Shown in pieces: positions 1 to 9,146 of a DNA stretch of 64,000 bases (position 1 is the first letter of the stretch; each line of letters begins with the position of its first letter). Source of the stretch: an uncultured bacterium (GTDB lineage Bacteria > Patescibacteriota > Minisyncoccia > Phycocordibacterales > UBA2100); NCBI GenBank assembly GCA_903824595.1, contig CAIJXH010000007.1, positions 5,184-69,183 of the forward strand, given 5' to 3'. The translations under genes were made by a program, and so were the position numbers. A model generated the notes under the pieces. The model searched no databases. It was not told the origin of the DNA and saw only the letters and a program-made list of their open reading frames with translations.

Positions 1-65
1 GTGTCGAGTGTCGCGCCGCTTTTGTCCAAGATGTAGACGTCGGCCTTGGGGATGAGATGCGCCAT
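1..65 (-). CDS. Partial CDS, N-terminal fragment only (MAHLIPKADVYILDKSGATLDT...); the gene continues beyond the window edge
   Basis: Reverse-strand ATG at 63-65 with an open frame to position 1; function not recognisable from 21 aa. Confidence 0.3.
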   Translation of the reverse strand, partial: MAHLIPKADVYILDKSGATLD

Positions 66-124
66 GAATACCCCGAAAATAGGGGACCCCGCGACAATAT
101 ATGAAACTGATTATATGTCAACAT

Positions 125-465
125 GTCAAGCATTTGCCAATCCATAGGAATCGTGCGATTATGATTGTCTGTGTTGGGTGGTCGCGCCATGAGTAATCGT
201 GGTGAGGAAAGTCCGGACACTGGCTCAGCAATGAGCAGCAGGGTAGAGGGTAACGCCCTCACGTCGCGAGACGAGAGATGCGAACAGTGACGCCACATCC
301 GAAAGGAAACGGGTCCCCGTGAGTGAGATTGTATTTCACGCATGGGGATAATCGCGCCGAAAAGCGCGGGTGCAACGGCAAAATTCTTACCTCTGTGCAA
401 GACCGTGCTTTTTGTGGGGTGCACCAATTGGACATCTCACAAAATGAGAGTTGCTTGACCTCGAG
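125..465 (+). ncRNA. rnpB: RNase P RNA (bacterial type)
   Basis: Universal P4 motif GAGGAAAGTCCGG at 204-216 and GGGTAACGCC at 248-257. A 5' segment GTCAAGCA (125-132) is complementary to TGCTTGAC (452-459), as expected for helix P1. A 3' region ATCTCACAAAATGAGAG resembles the P4 3' strand. No credible protein-coding frame; the track ORFs 259..474(-) and 479..880(-) are spurious. A possible hairpin at 459-478 follows. Exact ends are uncertain by about 10 nt. Confidence 0.75.
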
Positions 466-609
466 AGTAATCACGAGGCTAGATAAATGACCATCGTATC
501 CGTCTTTGTGTCACAGCTTTGACGTGATGATACAGAATCCGGCTTATAGACACAGTCATTATGCCCGCCTCACGGCGGGTGTTTTGATGCGTAAAAGTTA
601 TCCCGTCTG

Positions 610-2367
610 TTGTTCTGCCGAGCGATTCATATACTGTGGCACAATGGTGACATGCCTCGCGTGTATGCAGGACTCCGTTTGCTATCAACCGAAATACGCG
701 GTCTGCAAGCTGCGGTCTATGTTCTTGCAGGATGTGCGCTTGCGTCATCGCTTCTTGCGCTTGTTCGTGATCGTTTATTCGCGCACACGTTTGGAGCGGG
801 TGTAGAACTCGATCTCTATTATGCCGCATTTCGCATTCCAGATTTGCTTTTCGTGGCGACCAGCGCGCTGGTGTCGGCATACGTCCTCATTCCAGAATTG
901 ACGCGACGTTCTCATCTTGATCGCGTTGCGTACATCGACACCATTGTTACTGGATTTTCTTTTCTTTCGATAGTGGTAGCTTCAGTGCTCGCGTGGTGTG
1001 CTCCCACTATGCTATCTTTTTTGTTTCCGAGTTTCTCGAAAGCTGGGTTGCTTCCAGTGGTAACAAGCCTCACGCGCATTATGCTTATGCAACCAGTGCT
1101 GCTTGGGTGTTCGAATATTTTTGCTTCAATAACCCAATCGAGACGTCGCTATGCGCTATACGCGATATCGCCACTTCTCTACAATGTCGGAATCATCGTT
1201 GGCTTGTTGTATATATATCCGCTGTGTGGCATTACAGGACTGGCATGGGGCGTCGTGCTAGGAGCGCTGCTTCATGCGGGTATTCAGATTCCCTCAATCA
1301 TCAGCGATGGTTTTTTTCATCGAATACCTCGCATGCATGACGCGCGTACATTTTTCACAACTATCGCCACGTCTGTACCTCGTGCACTTACACTTTCCAT
1401 GAGTCAGCTTGCGTTTATAGGTCTCACCGCACTCGCCGCCACTCTCGCCCCAGGGTCAATAGCAATATTTATGTTTGCGTTCAATTTGCAAGCTGTGCCA
1501 CTCGCCATTATCGGAGCGTCGTATTCAGTCGCGGCATTTCCCGTACTTTCAAAATCAATCGCCTCTGGAAACCATGAAGTATTCATAGATCATATCGCTC
1601 GTGCTGCTCGATATATTTTGTTTTGGTCTCTCCCTGCATCGGCGCTTATCATGGTGTTACGAGCGCATATCGTACGGACAATTCTCGGATCAGGATCGTT
1701 TGATTGGACCGATACGCGTCTCACCGCGGCTTGTCTTGGTATTCTCTCGTTGTCGTTGGCGGCGCAAAGCATTCTCTTGCTCCTCGTGAGAGGGTATTAT
1801 GCTGCGGGACGCACTCTCGCCCCGTTGATTATCGCCAGTATCACTACCATCGCAACGCTTATTCTTGCGTCGGTATCTATTGCTCTGTTGCATAACGAAC
1901 ATGTGCTCGGCGCACTCGAACGCATGGTGCGTGCGGACGAAGGTCAAAATGGCATGATTATTGGACTCGCAATTGCATATGCAATAGGCTCGATAGGTGG
2001 AACATGCATACTTGTGATTCATTTCACACAAACATTCGGCGATTTCTTTTCCAAAATCACCCAAACACTGCGTCACGCATGTATTGCGGCGTGTACTGCG
2101 GGAGCTGCGGCATATACAATGCTCTGGCTGCTCGGACCTCTTACCACCTCGTCAACTTTGCTTGGTGTGGTAATTCGTGCAGGAATCGGTGGTGTTGCAG
2201 GCATTGGAATTGCAGGAGTAGTGTATGCAATTCTCGGCACCAATGAATATAGTGAGACGGTGCACTCTGCGAGCTCGTGTGTTACGCGTGCCGCTCCCGC
2301 TGGAGAGCCCTATCGTTTCTTCCGAAGATGTGGCACAGTAGAGCCTCATGGAACCAAAAATACGTAA
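610..2367 (+). CDS. murJ: Lipid II flippase MurJ/MviN family, polytopic membrane protein
   Basis: About 14 predicted TM helices. N-terminal region ...RDRLFAHTFGAGVELDLYYAAFRIPDLLF matches the MurJ signature (R-D-x-x-A-x-x-FG...D-A-F-x-x-AF-x-IP). The true start may be the internal Met at 652. Confidence 0.8.
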   Translation: MFCRAIHILWHNGDMPRVYAGLRLLSTEIRGLQAAVYVLAGCALASSLLALVRDRLFAHTFGAGVELDLYYAAFRIPDLLFVATSALVSAYVLIPELTRRSHLDRVAYIDTIVTGFSFLSIVVASVLAWCAPTMLSFLFPSFSKAGLLPVVTSLTRIMLMQPVLLGCSNIFASITQSRRRYALYAISPLLYNVGIIVGLLYIYPLCGITGLAWGVVLGALLHAGIQIPSIISDGFFHRIPRMHDARTFFTTIATSVPRALTLSMSQLAFIGLTALAATLAPGSIAIFMFAFNLQAVPLAIIGASYSVAAFPVLSKSIASGNHEVFIDHIARAARYILFWSLPASALIMVLRAHIVRTILGSGSFDWTDTRLTAACLGILSLSLAAQSILLLLVRGYYAAGRTLAPLIIASITTIATLILASVSIALLHNEHVLGALERMVRADEGQNGMIIGLAIAYAIGSIGGTCILVIHFTQTFGDFFSKITQTLRHACIAACTAGAAAYTMLWLLGPLTTSSTLLGVVIRAGIGGVAGIGIAGVVYAILGTNEYSETVHSASSCVTRAAPAGEPYRFFRRCGTVEPHGTKNT

Positions 2368-4129
2368 TTTCAGCATCATCGCTCATATTGATCACGGCAA
2401 ATCGACACTTGCTGATCGTATGCTTGAGATAACGCACACGATTGAACCGCGTCGAATGCAAGAACAGGTTCTCGATCGGATGGATTTGGAGCGCGAGCGT
2501 GGTATCACGATCAAAATGCAGCCCGTGCGTATGCATTGGACGCATCACGGAGAGGACTACGTGATCAATCTCATCGACACGCCCGGACATGTCGATTTTG
2601 CCTACGAAGTATCACGTGCACTCTCTGCCGTAGAGGGAGTGGTGTTGCTCGTGGACGCAACACAGGGAGTGGAGGCGCAGACACTCTCTGTTTTGTCGGT
2701 GGCAAAAGATCTCAATCTCACCATCATACCTGTCGTGTCGAAAATCGATGCCCCACATGCTCGCACGGAGGAAATCGTGATCGAACTAGCGGCGCTTTTG
2801 GGCTGTGCAGATTCGACTGTATTGCGCGCGTCGGGGAAGACAGGCGAAGGTGTCGCACGTGTACTCGATACGGTGATAGAGAGAATTCCCGCACCGAAAG
2901 CGACGGGCGATAAGGTGCAAGCGCTTGTGTTCGACTTTGGCTATTCCGATCATCGCGGCGTCATTATCTATACGCGCATATGCGGAGGACGTGTCGCCAA
3001 GGGCGATGCGCTCACGTTGGTTGCGGCACACGCGTCATTCACCGCGCTTGAAGTCGGAGTGCTTACGCCCGAAGAAAAGCAATGCAGCGAGCTTTCCGCG
3101 GGTGATATAGGCTACATCGTGACAGGTATCAAGAAGCCTGGCGTGGCGTCTGTAGGCGACACCGTAACGTCGACGAAAAACGCAGCTTTGGGATTTCCCG
3201 GATATCGAACACCTACTCCTGTCATTTGGGCTAGCGTGTATCCTGAGTCACAAGATGACTTGCTTCTTTTACGTCAATCGCTTGAGCGACTTCGTCTTTC
3301 AGATTCTTCACTTTCGTATGAAGAAGAATCCTCTGGTGTCATGGGTAGAGGATTTCGATGTGGCTTTCTCGGCATGTTACATCTTGAAATAATCATCGAG
3401 CGTCTTCGGCGTGAATTTGGGCTCAATCTTGTCGTCACACAGCCGACTACCGTATATGAGATAACGCGCTCCGATGGACGCGTCGAGGAAATCTATGCAC
3501 CTGCACGTTTCCCAGACGATGGCACCGCGACTCTCGTGCGCGAACTCTGGGCAGCGATTACCGTTATTACTCCACCAGAATATCTCGGCAACATTACGCA
3601 GCTGCTCTATGAACACGAAGCCATCCAAGGTGAGACAGAGTCATTGCCAGACAAAGTACAGATACACGCACGTATTCCGCTACGTGAACTCATGCGAGGT
3701 TTTTTTGATCGTCTCAAAAGTGTTTCTTCTGGGTTTGCGTCATTATCATACGTGCTCGACGGTATGCATCCTGCCGATGTCATCCGTCTCGATATATTGG
3801 TCGCCGAAGAACCCGTGCCCGCATTTGCTCGCATTGTCTCACGTCGTCGCGTGCAACATGAAGCAGAAGCGATGGTGGAGAAGCTCGAAAAACTTCTGCC
3901 GCGTCAGCTTTTCGAATTGAAAATCCAGGCGAAAACACAGGGTCGTATTATTGCATCTCGACGCAAATCAGCGATGCGTAAAGACGTGACGGGATATCTC
4001 TATGGCGGCGACATAACCCGCAAAATGAAATTGCTCGAGAAACAGAAAAAAGGGAAGAAGAAAATGCTTGCGCGCGGGACGGTCGACATCCCACACGACG
4101 TGTTTCTGAAAGTGGTGAAAGAAGGGTAG
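2348..4129 (+). CDS. lepA: Elongation factor 4 (LepA), translational GTPase
   Basis: N-terminus IRNFSIIAHIDHGKSTLADRMLE, DTPGHVDF G-motifs, and the LepA-specific C-terminal domain; 593 aa. Confidence 0.95.
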   Translation: MEPKIRNFSIIAHIDHGKSTLADRMLEITHTIEPRRMQEQVLDRMDLERERGITIKMQPVRMHWTHHGEDYVINLIDTPGHVDFAYEVSRALSAVEGVVLLVDATQGVEAQTLSVLSVAKDLNLTIIPVVSKIDAPHARTEEIVIELAALLGCADSTVLRASGKTGEGVARVLDTVIERIPAPKATGDKVQALVFDFGYSDHRGVIIYTRICGGRVAKGDALTLVAAHASFTALEVGVLTPEEKQCSELSAGDIGYIVTGIKKPGVASVGDTVTSTKNAALGFPGYRTPTPVIWASVYPESQDDLLLLRQSLERLRLSDSSLSYEEESSGVMGRGFRCGFLGMLHLEIIIERLRREFGLNLVVTQPTTVYEITRSDGRVEEIYAPARFPDDGTATLVRELWAAITVITPPEYLGNITQLLYEHEAIQGETESLPDKVQIHARIPLRELMRGFFDRLKSVSSGFASLSYVLDGMHPADVIRLDILVAEEPVPAFARIVSRRRVQHEAEAMVEKLEKLLPRQLFELKIQAKTQGRIIASRRKSAMRKDVTGYLYGGDITRKMKLLEKQKKGKKKMLARGTVDIPHDVFLKVVKEG

Positions 4130-4299
4130 TGTGCCACGCTCTACATTCACACTCCGAGAAGTGACAAAAGACCGGGGGCGAAAAAGAGAACCATTCCCAC
4201 GATAACAAGCACGGCAACAACCGTCCACACCGCGTTGATCATTCTTTTTGTTTTGTGGTGGAAAAGAAAATTCATACGAAGTGATAGAATTATACCCAT

Positions 4300-4701
4300 A
4301 TGCAAAGATATGGTCAACGAGACGTGCGTAAACCTGTGCGGCTCTTGCTGCGGCGGATTGGATTGTTAGCGCTCGCACTGACAGTCGTATTGGCAAGTAT
4401 TGCTGTGTGGAATGTATTTCAAAAGGAGCGTGATTCCGCAATGATGCGCTCTCAAAATGAGCATGAGCTCGCAAATCTCACCGCACGCAAAAAGGCGCTT
4501 GAACAGCGTCTTTCCGAACTTGGTACCGAGCGAGGTAAAGAAGCAATTCTGCGCGAACAATACTCGCTCGCAAGCGTGGGAGAGGGCATGATCACTATTG
4601 TCGATCCGTCGGAGCCTGCAAGCAATACATCGTTTGCCACGTCATCACCAAGTACGTCATGGCTCCACAATCTCTTTCTCTGGTGGTACAGTGTGTGGTG
4701 A
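4300..4701 (+). CDS. Septum formation initiator family protein (FtsB/DivIC-like)
   Basis: A single N-terminal TM helix, then a coiled-coil (KKALEQRLSELGTERGKEAILREQYSLASVGEGMITIV), resembling the FtsB/DivIC C-terminal region. Confidence 0.5.
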   Translation: MQRYGQRDVRKPVRLLLRRIGLLALALTVVLASIAVWNVFQKERDSAMMRSQNEHELANLTARKKALEQRLSELGTERGKEAILREQYSLASVGEGMITIVDPSEPASNTSFATSSPSTSWLHNLFLWWYSVW

Positions 4702-4703
4702 GG

Positions 4704-4774
4704 GCGGGTATAGTTTAGTGGCAGAACGAGTGCTTCCCAAGCATTAGATCGGGGTTCGATTCCCCGTACCCGCA
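4704..4774 (+). tRNA. tRNA-Gly (anticodon CCC)
   Basis: Cloverleaf: acceptor GCGGGTA/TACCCGC, D-arm, anticodon stem AGTGC/GCATT with loop TTCCCAA, T-arm GGGGTTCGATTCCCC, discriminator A. Confidence 0.85.
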
Positions 4775-4837
4775 CAGACGAACAACGTGAGTAGTGTGGG
4801 TAAGCGCAATGCTTGTGCATTGCGCGTCGGGGAATCG

Positions 4838-4905
4838 AACAGCGGAGCGATGCGAGGCGAGTACGCCGAGCCGCGAGCTGGTGTCCAGACCGAAACGAGC
4901 GACGG
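4838..4905. repeat. GC-rich ~70 nt module; copy A of a dispersed repeat (see 30856-30925 and 12100-12180)
   Basis: GAACAGCGGAGCGATG...CCGCGAGCTGGTG is shared almost exactly with 30856-30925, about 80% identity over about 65 nt. It lies between tRNA-Gly and the duplicated tRNA 3' end. Confidence 0.5.
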
Positions 4906-4923
4906 CGAGTTTCGAGTCGCGGA

Positions 4924-4951
4924 CGATTCCCCGTACCCGCACAGACGAACA
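4924..4951 (+). repeat. Direct repeat (28 bp) of the tRNA-Gly 3' end plus 11 nt of flank
   Basis: CGATTCCCCGTACCCGCACAGACGAACA is identical at 4757-4784 (the T-loop to 3' end of tRNA-Gly plus flank) and at 4924-4951; an att-core-like duplication. Confidence 0.8.
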
Positions 4952-4967
4952 CGGCGCGTGTGGTACC

Positions 4968-6149
4968 ATGAAAGATATGTTCGCGCGTTTGTTTATGATC
5001 ACACTGTTTCTTGTGTATGCGGGGACGTGTTTTCCTGTATATGCGGTGATACGCCCTCCTGTCACGCCACTTGTATCAAATGGCATGGTGATTACCTTCT
5101 ATGTTCCGTATCATGGCGAGGGATGTGAGAATTCAATGGAGGGATGCGACCTCACGTCTCGTAGAGGACTTGATAATCGCGCGGTACCGCAAAGTCTCGA
5201 TCAAGTCAGGTTTGGACAGGCGACATACGTTACGCTTGCGTCGTGTCCAAACAATTACGGAAAATATTATGCAATCGGATCTATTACATACAAAAGTGCG
5301 CTTGACGATAAGATGTACACGGTAAAAGATGTTGTTGGCTATGTGCATGATACGGGTGGTGCGTTTAGAAATGGAGTCATGTACCATGGAACAGATGGAT
5401 GCAACAAAATAGATGTTGCTACTACCATTTGCACGAAATGCAAAACAAATGCTCAAGCGAGCGCGTATGCCACAGGCAACAATGTCCGATACAAGCCGTT
5501 CGGTCTTGGTGTGCCGCCCGCGGAAACTGAAGAAGAAGCTTCCTCTGATGATGAAACAGGACGCGCAGAAGAAAAAACTGCCGATAAAAATCAGCTCACT
5601 ACCATTGTAACGACGGCATCGCGCACGCAGCAATCAGCCGATCCAATGAATCTATCGTCACTTATTCAGACACTGGTATCGTCGGGTAATCAAGCGTCTC
5701 GCTCCGCGAGTACTATCAACACGCCTCAAGCGCGATCTCCGCTCGATGTGTTTTCAAACGCCGACCAGTCGCTTTTTATGAATACAGGAACTACAAATCA
5801 AAACGTACGCGACGGTAATGCGACGCAAGCGCTTACTGAATTGGCAAATAAGGATAGCCAAGCGACAGTAGACAATCAAACGTCCCGTGACCTTATGCCA
5901 ACCCGCACCACATCAGCGCAAGCGTTGCACGTCACGAATCAACCAACGGACACCGTTAGTCCACAGCTAAGCCAATCAGGAGCTCATGCATCACTTTCCA
6001 CCATACGTGATGGCGCGTATTTTACGGATCCACAGACAGCTGTTTCCGCACAGCCTCCTTTCACATCTTCTGATGCAGCAGGCACGCACGGTATACAAAC
6101 CATCCGTTGGGGACAATTGCAAGTTTCCCCGATTCCTGTTACAAGCTAA
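4968..6149 (+). CDS. Secreted 3D-domain protein (MltA/RlpA-like double-psi beta-barrel) with a Ser/Thr/Gln-rich C-terminal tail
   Basis: Signal-peptide-like N-terminus MKDMFARLFMITLFLVYAGTC. 3D-domain signature ...VGYVHDTGGAFRNGVMYHGTDGCNKIDV with three conserved Asp. Start chosen at the ATG at 4968; the track ORF begins upstream inside the tRNA-linked repeat region. Confidence 0.7.
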   Translation: MKDMFARLFMITLFLVYAGTCFPVYAVIRPPVTPLVSNGMVITFYVPYHGEGCENSMEGCDLTSRRGLDNRAVPQSLDQVRFGQATYVTLASCPNNYGKYYAIGSITYKSALDDKMYTVKDVVGYVHDTGGAFRNGVMYHGTDGCNKIDVATTICTKCKTNAQASAYATGNNVRYKPFGLGVPPAETEEEASSDDETGRAEEKTADKNQLTTIVTTASRTQQSADPMNLSSLIQTLVSSGNQASRSASTINTPQARSPLDVFSNADQSLFMNTGTTNQNVRDGNATQALTELANKDSQATVDNQTSRDLMPTRTTSAQALHVTNQPTDTVSPQLSQSGAHASLSTIRDGAYFTDPQTAVSAQPPFTSSDAAGTHGIQTIRWGQLQVSPIPVTS

Positions 6150-6153
6150 TCCC

Positions 6154-6465
6154 ATGACATTTATTCGTCGAGTCGAAGATTTTATGTGCGAGCACTGTGG
6201 CGCATGGGTGAAAGGTACGGGATATACCAACCATTGTCCGCGCTGTCTCTGGAGCAAGCATGTCGATGTTGATCCTGGTGATCGCCGTGCGCCGTGCAAT
6301 GCCATGATGGAGCCAATACGTATTGAGGGTACAACGCCGCACTATGTTGTCGTACATCACTGTGTTGCGTGTGGTTTTGAGCGTCGCAACAGAATAGACA
6401 CAGACGATAATCCAGACGCGATCATTTCTATCATCAACGCACACGTTCGTAAGAATGTCATATAA
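6154..6465 (+). CDS. RNHCP-domain small zinc-ribbon protein
   Basis: The sequence CEHCGAWVKGTGYTNHCPRCLWSKHVD...HHCVACGFE contains the literal RNHCP-type motif and paired CxxC pairs; 103 aa. Confidence 0.6.
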   Translation: MTFIRRVEDFMCEHCGAWVKGTGYTNHCPRCLWSKHVDVDPGDRRAPCNAMMEPIRIEGTTPHYVVVHHCVACGFERRNRIDTDDNPDAIISIINAHVRKNVI

Positions 6466-6505
6466 GCAGCTCGCGTTTCGTGTATTTTTCGTATAGGATA
6501 GCGCG

Positions 6506-7606
6506 ATGGCTTTGAGTATTGGCATCGTCGGGCTACCCAACGTGGGAAAATCCACGCTCTTCAACGCGCTCACGAAAAAAGGCGTACCGGCAGAGAATTA
6601 TCCGTTCTGCACGATCGATCCGTCGGTAGGCGTGGTGGCGGTGCCTGATCACAGAATTGATGCGCTATCAGACATGTCGCACACGCAAAAAAAAGTTCCC
6701 GCAATAGTGGAATTTGTCGATATCGCTGGACTGGTAAAAGGCGCTTCGGAGGGAGAGGGACTGGGCAACCAATTTCTCTCGCACATCCGTGAAGTGGATG
6801 CAATTGCCGAAGTGGTGCGCATGTTTGACGACGAAGACGTGCATCATGTGCATGGCGACGTCGATCCGCGCCGAGACATTGAGGTGATTGATCTTGAGCT
6901 GGTGCTTGCCGATATGCAGACCGTCGAGAAGCGGTTTGATCGCGTCTCGCGTGACGCAAAAGGAGGTGACAAGGATCTCATTGCCGAGCGCGATGTGCTT
7001 GCCAAGATTCTTCCTGTACTTCAGCAAGGCAAGCCTGCGCGCATTGTGGAGCTCACCGAGGAAGAGAAAAAAGTCGCAAAAGGTCTACATTTGCTCACCA
7101 TGAAGCCGATTTTGTACGTGCTCAACAGAAAAGCGGGCATGATCAATGTGGATGCTGAGGGCGGCGACCGCTGGCAAGCGTTCAAAGATTTTATCGCCAC
7201 GCAGGGTGCGCAGTATGTGATTGTGGACGCGGGTGTGGAGCGCGACTTATCCGATGTACACGACGAAGAGCGTGCCGATTTCCGCCGCGAGCTCGGCGTA
7301 GCCGACGACGGACTCGACGCGCTCATAAAAGCAAGTTACTCGCTACTCGGTCTCATTTCATTTCTCACCACTGGGGAAGCGGAGACGCGCGCGTGGACAA
7401 TCTCACGCGGCGCTACTGCACCCGAAGCCGGTGCCGCTATCCACACCGATTTTCGCGACAAATTCATCCGCGCTACGGTCATTCGTTGGGATGTATTACT
7501 TCAAGAGGGTTCGATGGCAAAAGCGCGTGAAAAAGGGCTTGTACGCACGGAAGGGAAGGAATATGTGGTGCAGGATGGCGACGTGATGGAGTTTATGCAC
7601 AGCTAA
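6506..7606 (+). CDS. ychF: Ribosome-binding ATPase YchF (Obg-family GTPase/ATPase)
   Basis: [23 protein letters not shown], a TGS-like C-terminal domain; 366 aa, typical YchF length. Confidence 0.92.
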   Translation: MALSIGIVGLPNVGKSTLFNALTKKGVPAENYPFCTIDPSVGVVAVPDHRIDALSDMSHTQKKVPAIVEFVDIAGLVKGASEGEGLGNQFLSHIREVDAIAEVVRMFDDEDVHHVHGDVDPRRDIEVIDLELVLADMQTVEKRFDRVSRDAKGGDKDLIAERDVLAKILPVLQQGKPARIVELTEEEKKVAKGLHLLTMKPILYVLNRKAGMINVDAEGGDRWQAFKDFIATQGAQYVIVDAGVERDLSDVHDEERADFRRELGVADDGLDALIKASYSLLGLISFLTTGEAETRAWTISRGATAPEAGAAIHTDFRDKFIRATVIRWDVLLQEGSMAKAREKGLVRTEGKEYVVQDGDVMEFMHS

Positions 7607-7634
7607 AGCATGGCATCCTGGGTGGTGTGATAGG

Positions 7635-8132
7635 ATGGAGCCTATGCGCAAAATCTTGCCGGCGAAAAAGGTGAAATCGACGAAAACGGATCATCACGCT
7701 GTGTTGCGTGCCGTCACGTATATTATGGAACATATGGCGACGCAGGAGGATGTGCGGGCGATCCGTCTGGAGATGGCGACCAAGCTCGCTACACGCAAAC
7801 ACATCGACGCACTACACAACGACTTCGAAATCATGGCGGAGGATATTGATTCGCTCAAAGCGGATGTGGATGTCTTGAAAACCGACGTTGCCGAAATCAA
7901 AAAAGAATTATCGGCAACAAAAACAGATGTGCTCACGTTCAAATATGAAACCGCCGAGAATTTCGTCGCGATCCGCGCGGAAATGGCGACGAAAGATCAT
8001 CTTTCGATGATGAAAGAAGAAATCATCGAGCGTCTGATGCCGACCGAACAAGCCGTCGACACCGACGCGACGACGATCGTCGGGCACGAACGACGCATCA
8101 CGCACCTTGAAAGACAAGTAGCAGTAGCCTAA
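7635..8132 (+). CDS. Hypothetical coiled-coil protein
   Basis: 165 aa with heptad-like repeats (DIDSLKADVDVLKTDVAEIKKELSATKTDV); no recognisable enzymatic motif. Confidence 0.45.
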   Translation: MEPMRKILPAKKVKSTKTDHHAVLRAVTYIMEHMATQEDVRAIRLEMATKLATRKHIDALHNDFEIMAEDIDSLKADVDVLKTDVAEIKKELSATKTDVLTFKYETAENFVAIRAEMATKDHLSMMKEEIIERLMPTEQAVDTDATTIVGHERRITHLERQVAVA

Positions 8133-8142
8133 CGCACCATAT

Positions 8143-9141
8143 ATGCAACCAATAAAAGTAACTCCTAAAGATTTCTTCCTCTGGGCAGGGGCAATGATAG
8201 CGCTGTATGCGAGCGTCTTTGCACTTATTTCGCTCTTTTTTGAGTATATCGATTACGTGTATCCCGATGCGTTGAATAGCTACGTCGATCCGTACTCTGG
8301 CTCCATGCGTAGCGCGATTGCCACGCTGCTCGTGCTCTTCCCGCTCTTTCTCGTACTCATGCGCCTCATTCGCAACGACATCGTCCGCGAGCCGGCGAAG
8401 AAGGATCTGTGGGTGCGGCGGTGGGCGCTCTTTCTCACGGTGTTTGTTGCCGGTGCAACGATTGCGATCGATCTCATCACGCTCGTCAATTATTTCCTCG
8501 GCGGCGATGTGACGATGCGTTTTGCGCTCAAGGTGGCGATCGTGCTTTTGGTGGCGGGAGGAGGCTTCATGCATTTCCTTGCCGACATTTGGGGGTACTG
8601 GATCGAATTTCCCAAACGAGCGCAGTGGGTTGGGTGGGGAGCGGGCGCGGTGATACTTCTCTCCGTTGCGGCGAGTTTCCTTATCATGGGCACGCCCGCA
8701 CAGATACGCCTGTATCGATTTGATGACCAAAAGGTGAGCGATCTCACCAGTATCCAGTGGCAGATCGTCAACTATTTCCAGCAGAAAGAAAAACTCCCTG
8801 AGACGCTTTTCGACCTCGTCGATCCCATTAGCGGATTCGTGGTACCGATTGATCCAGAGACCAACATGCCGTACCGATACGAGCGTATCAATCAGTATTC
8901 CTTCAAGCTTTGCGCCACGTTCAATCAGGCGACGCGCTCCAATACTTCTCAATCTCCGTACACCAAGCCGGCGCTCGCGGGCGGCCCCATCGGAGGCACT
9001 AGCGACCTTGAAAATCAGACATGGTACCACGGCACCGGCGACACCTGCTTCGCCCGCACCATCGACCCCGAGCGCTACCCGCCGTTCAAAAAATCGGATC
9101 AAACAGTGTCTAGCCAGCCAGCCCCGACAGTGGTACGCTAG
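8143..9141 (+). CDS. Hypothetical integral membrane protein (DUF5671-like, common in Patescibacteria)
   Basis: Several TM helices in the N-terminal half and a soluble C-terminal domain. The antisense 348 aa ORF 8098..9144 is Arg-rich and judged spurious. Confidence 0.55.
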   Translation: MQPIKVTPKDFFLWAGAMIALYASVFALISLFFEYIDYVYPDALNSYVDPYSGSMRSAIATLLVLFPLFLVLMRLIRNDIVREPAKKDLWVRRWALFLTVFVAGATIAIDLITLVNYFLGGDVTMRFALKVAIVLLVAGGGFMHFLADIWGYWIEFPKRAQWVGWGAGAVILLSVAASFLIMGTPAQIRLYRFDDQKVSDLTSIQWQIVNYFQQKEKLPETLFDLVDPISGFVVPIDPETNMPYRYERINQYSFKLCATFNQATRSNTSQSPYTKPALAGGPIGGTSDLENQTWYHGTGDTCFARTIDPERYPPFKKSDQTVSSQPAPTVVR

Positions 9142-9146
9142 CACTC

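Noticed and set aside
259-880. Track ORFs 259..474(-) and 479..880(-), of 71 and 133 aa
   Set aside because: They overlap the RNase P RNA, which carries its conserved P4 motifs on the opposite strand. The peptides are Arg/Cys-rich, and the second ORF is antisense to the murJ 5' end.
4775-4960. Possibility that the tRNA-linked GC-rich modules are a tmRNA or a second tRNA
   Set aside because: There is no 5' acceptor partner, no tag-peptide reading frame ending in AA-stop, no intact T-stem in the partial copies, and no CCA context. The copies start in the middle of the T-loop, as att cores do.
8098-9144. 348 aa reverse-strand ORF covering the whole membrane-protein gene 8143..9141
   Set aside because: It is a perfect antisense shadow of a gene with clear TM-helix periodicity. 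Its translation is Arg/Gly-rich low complexity with no motif.
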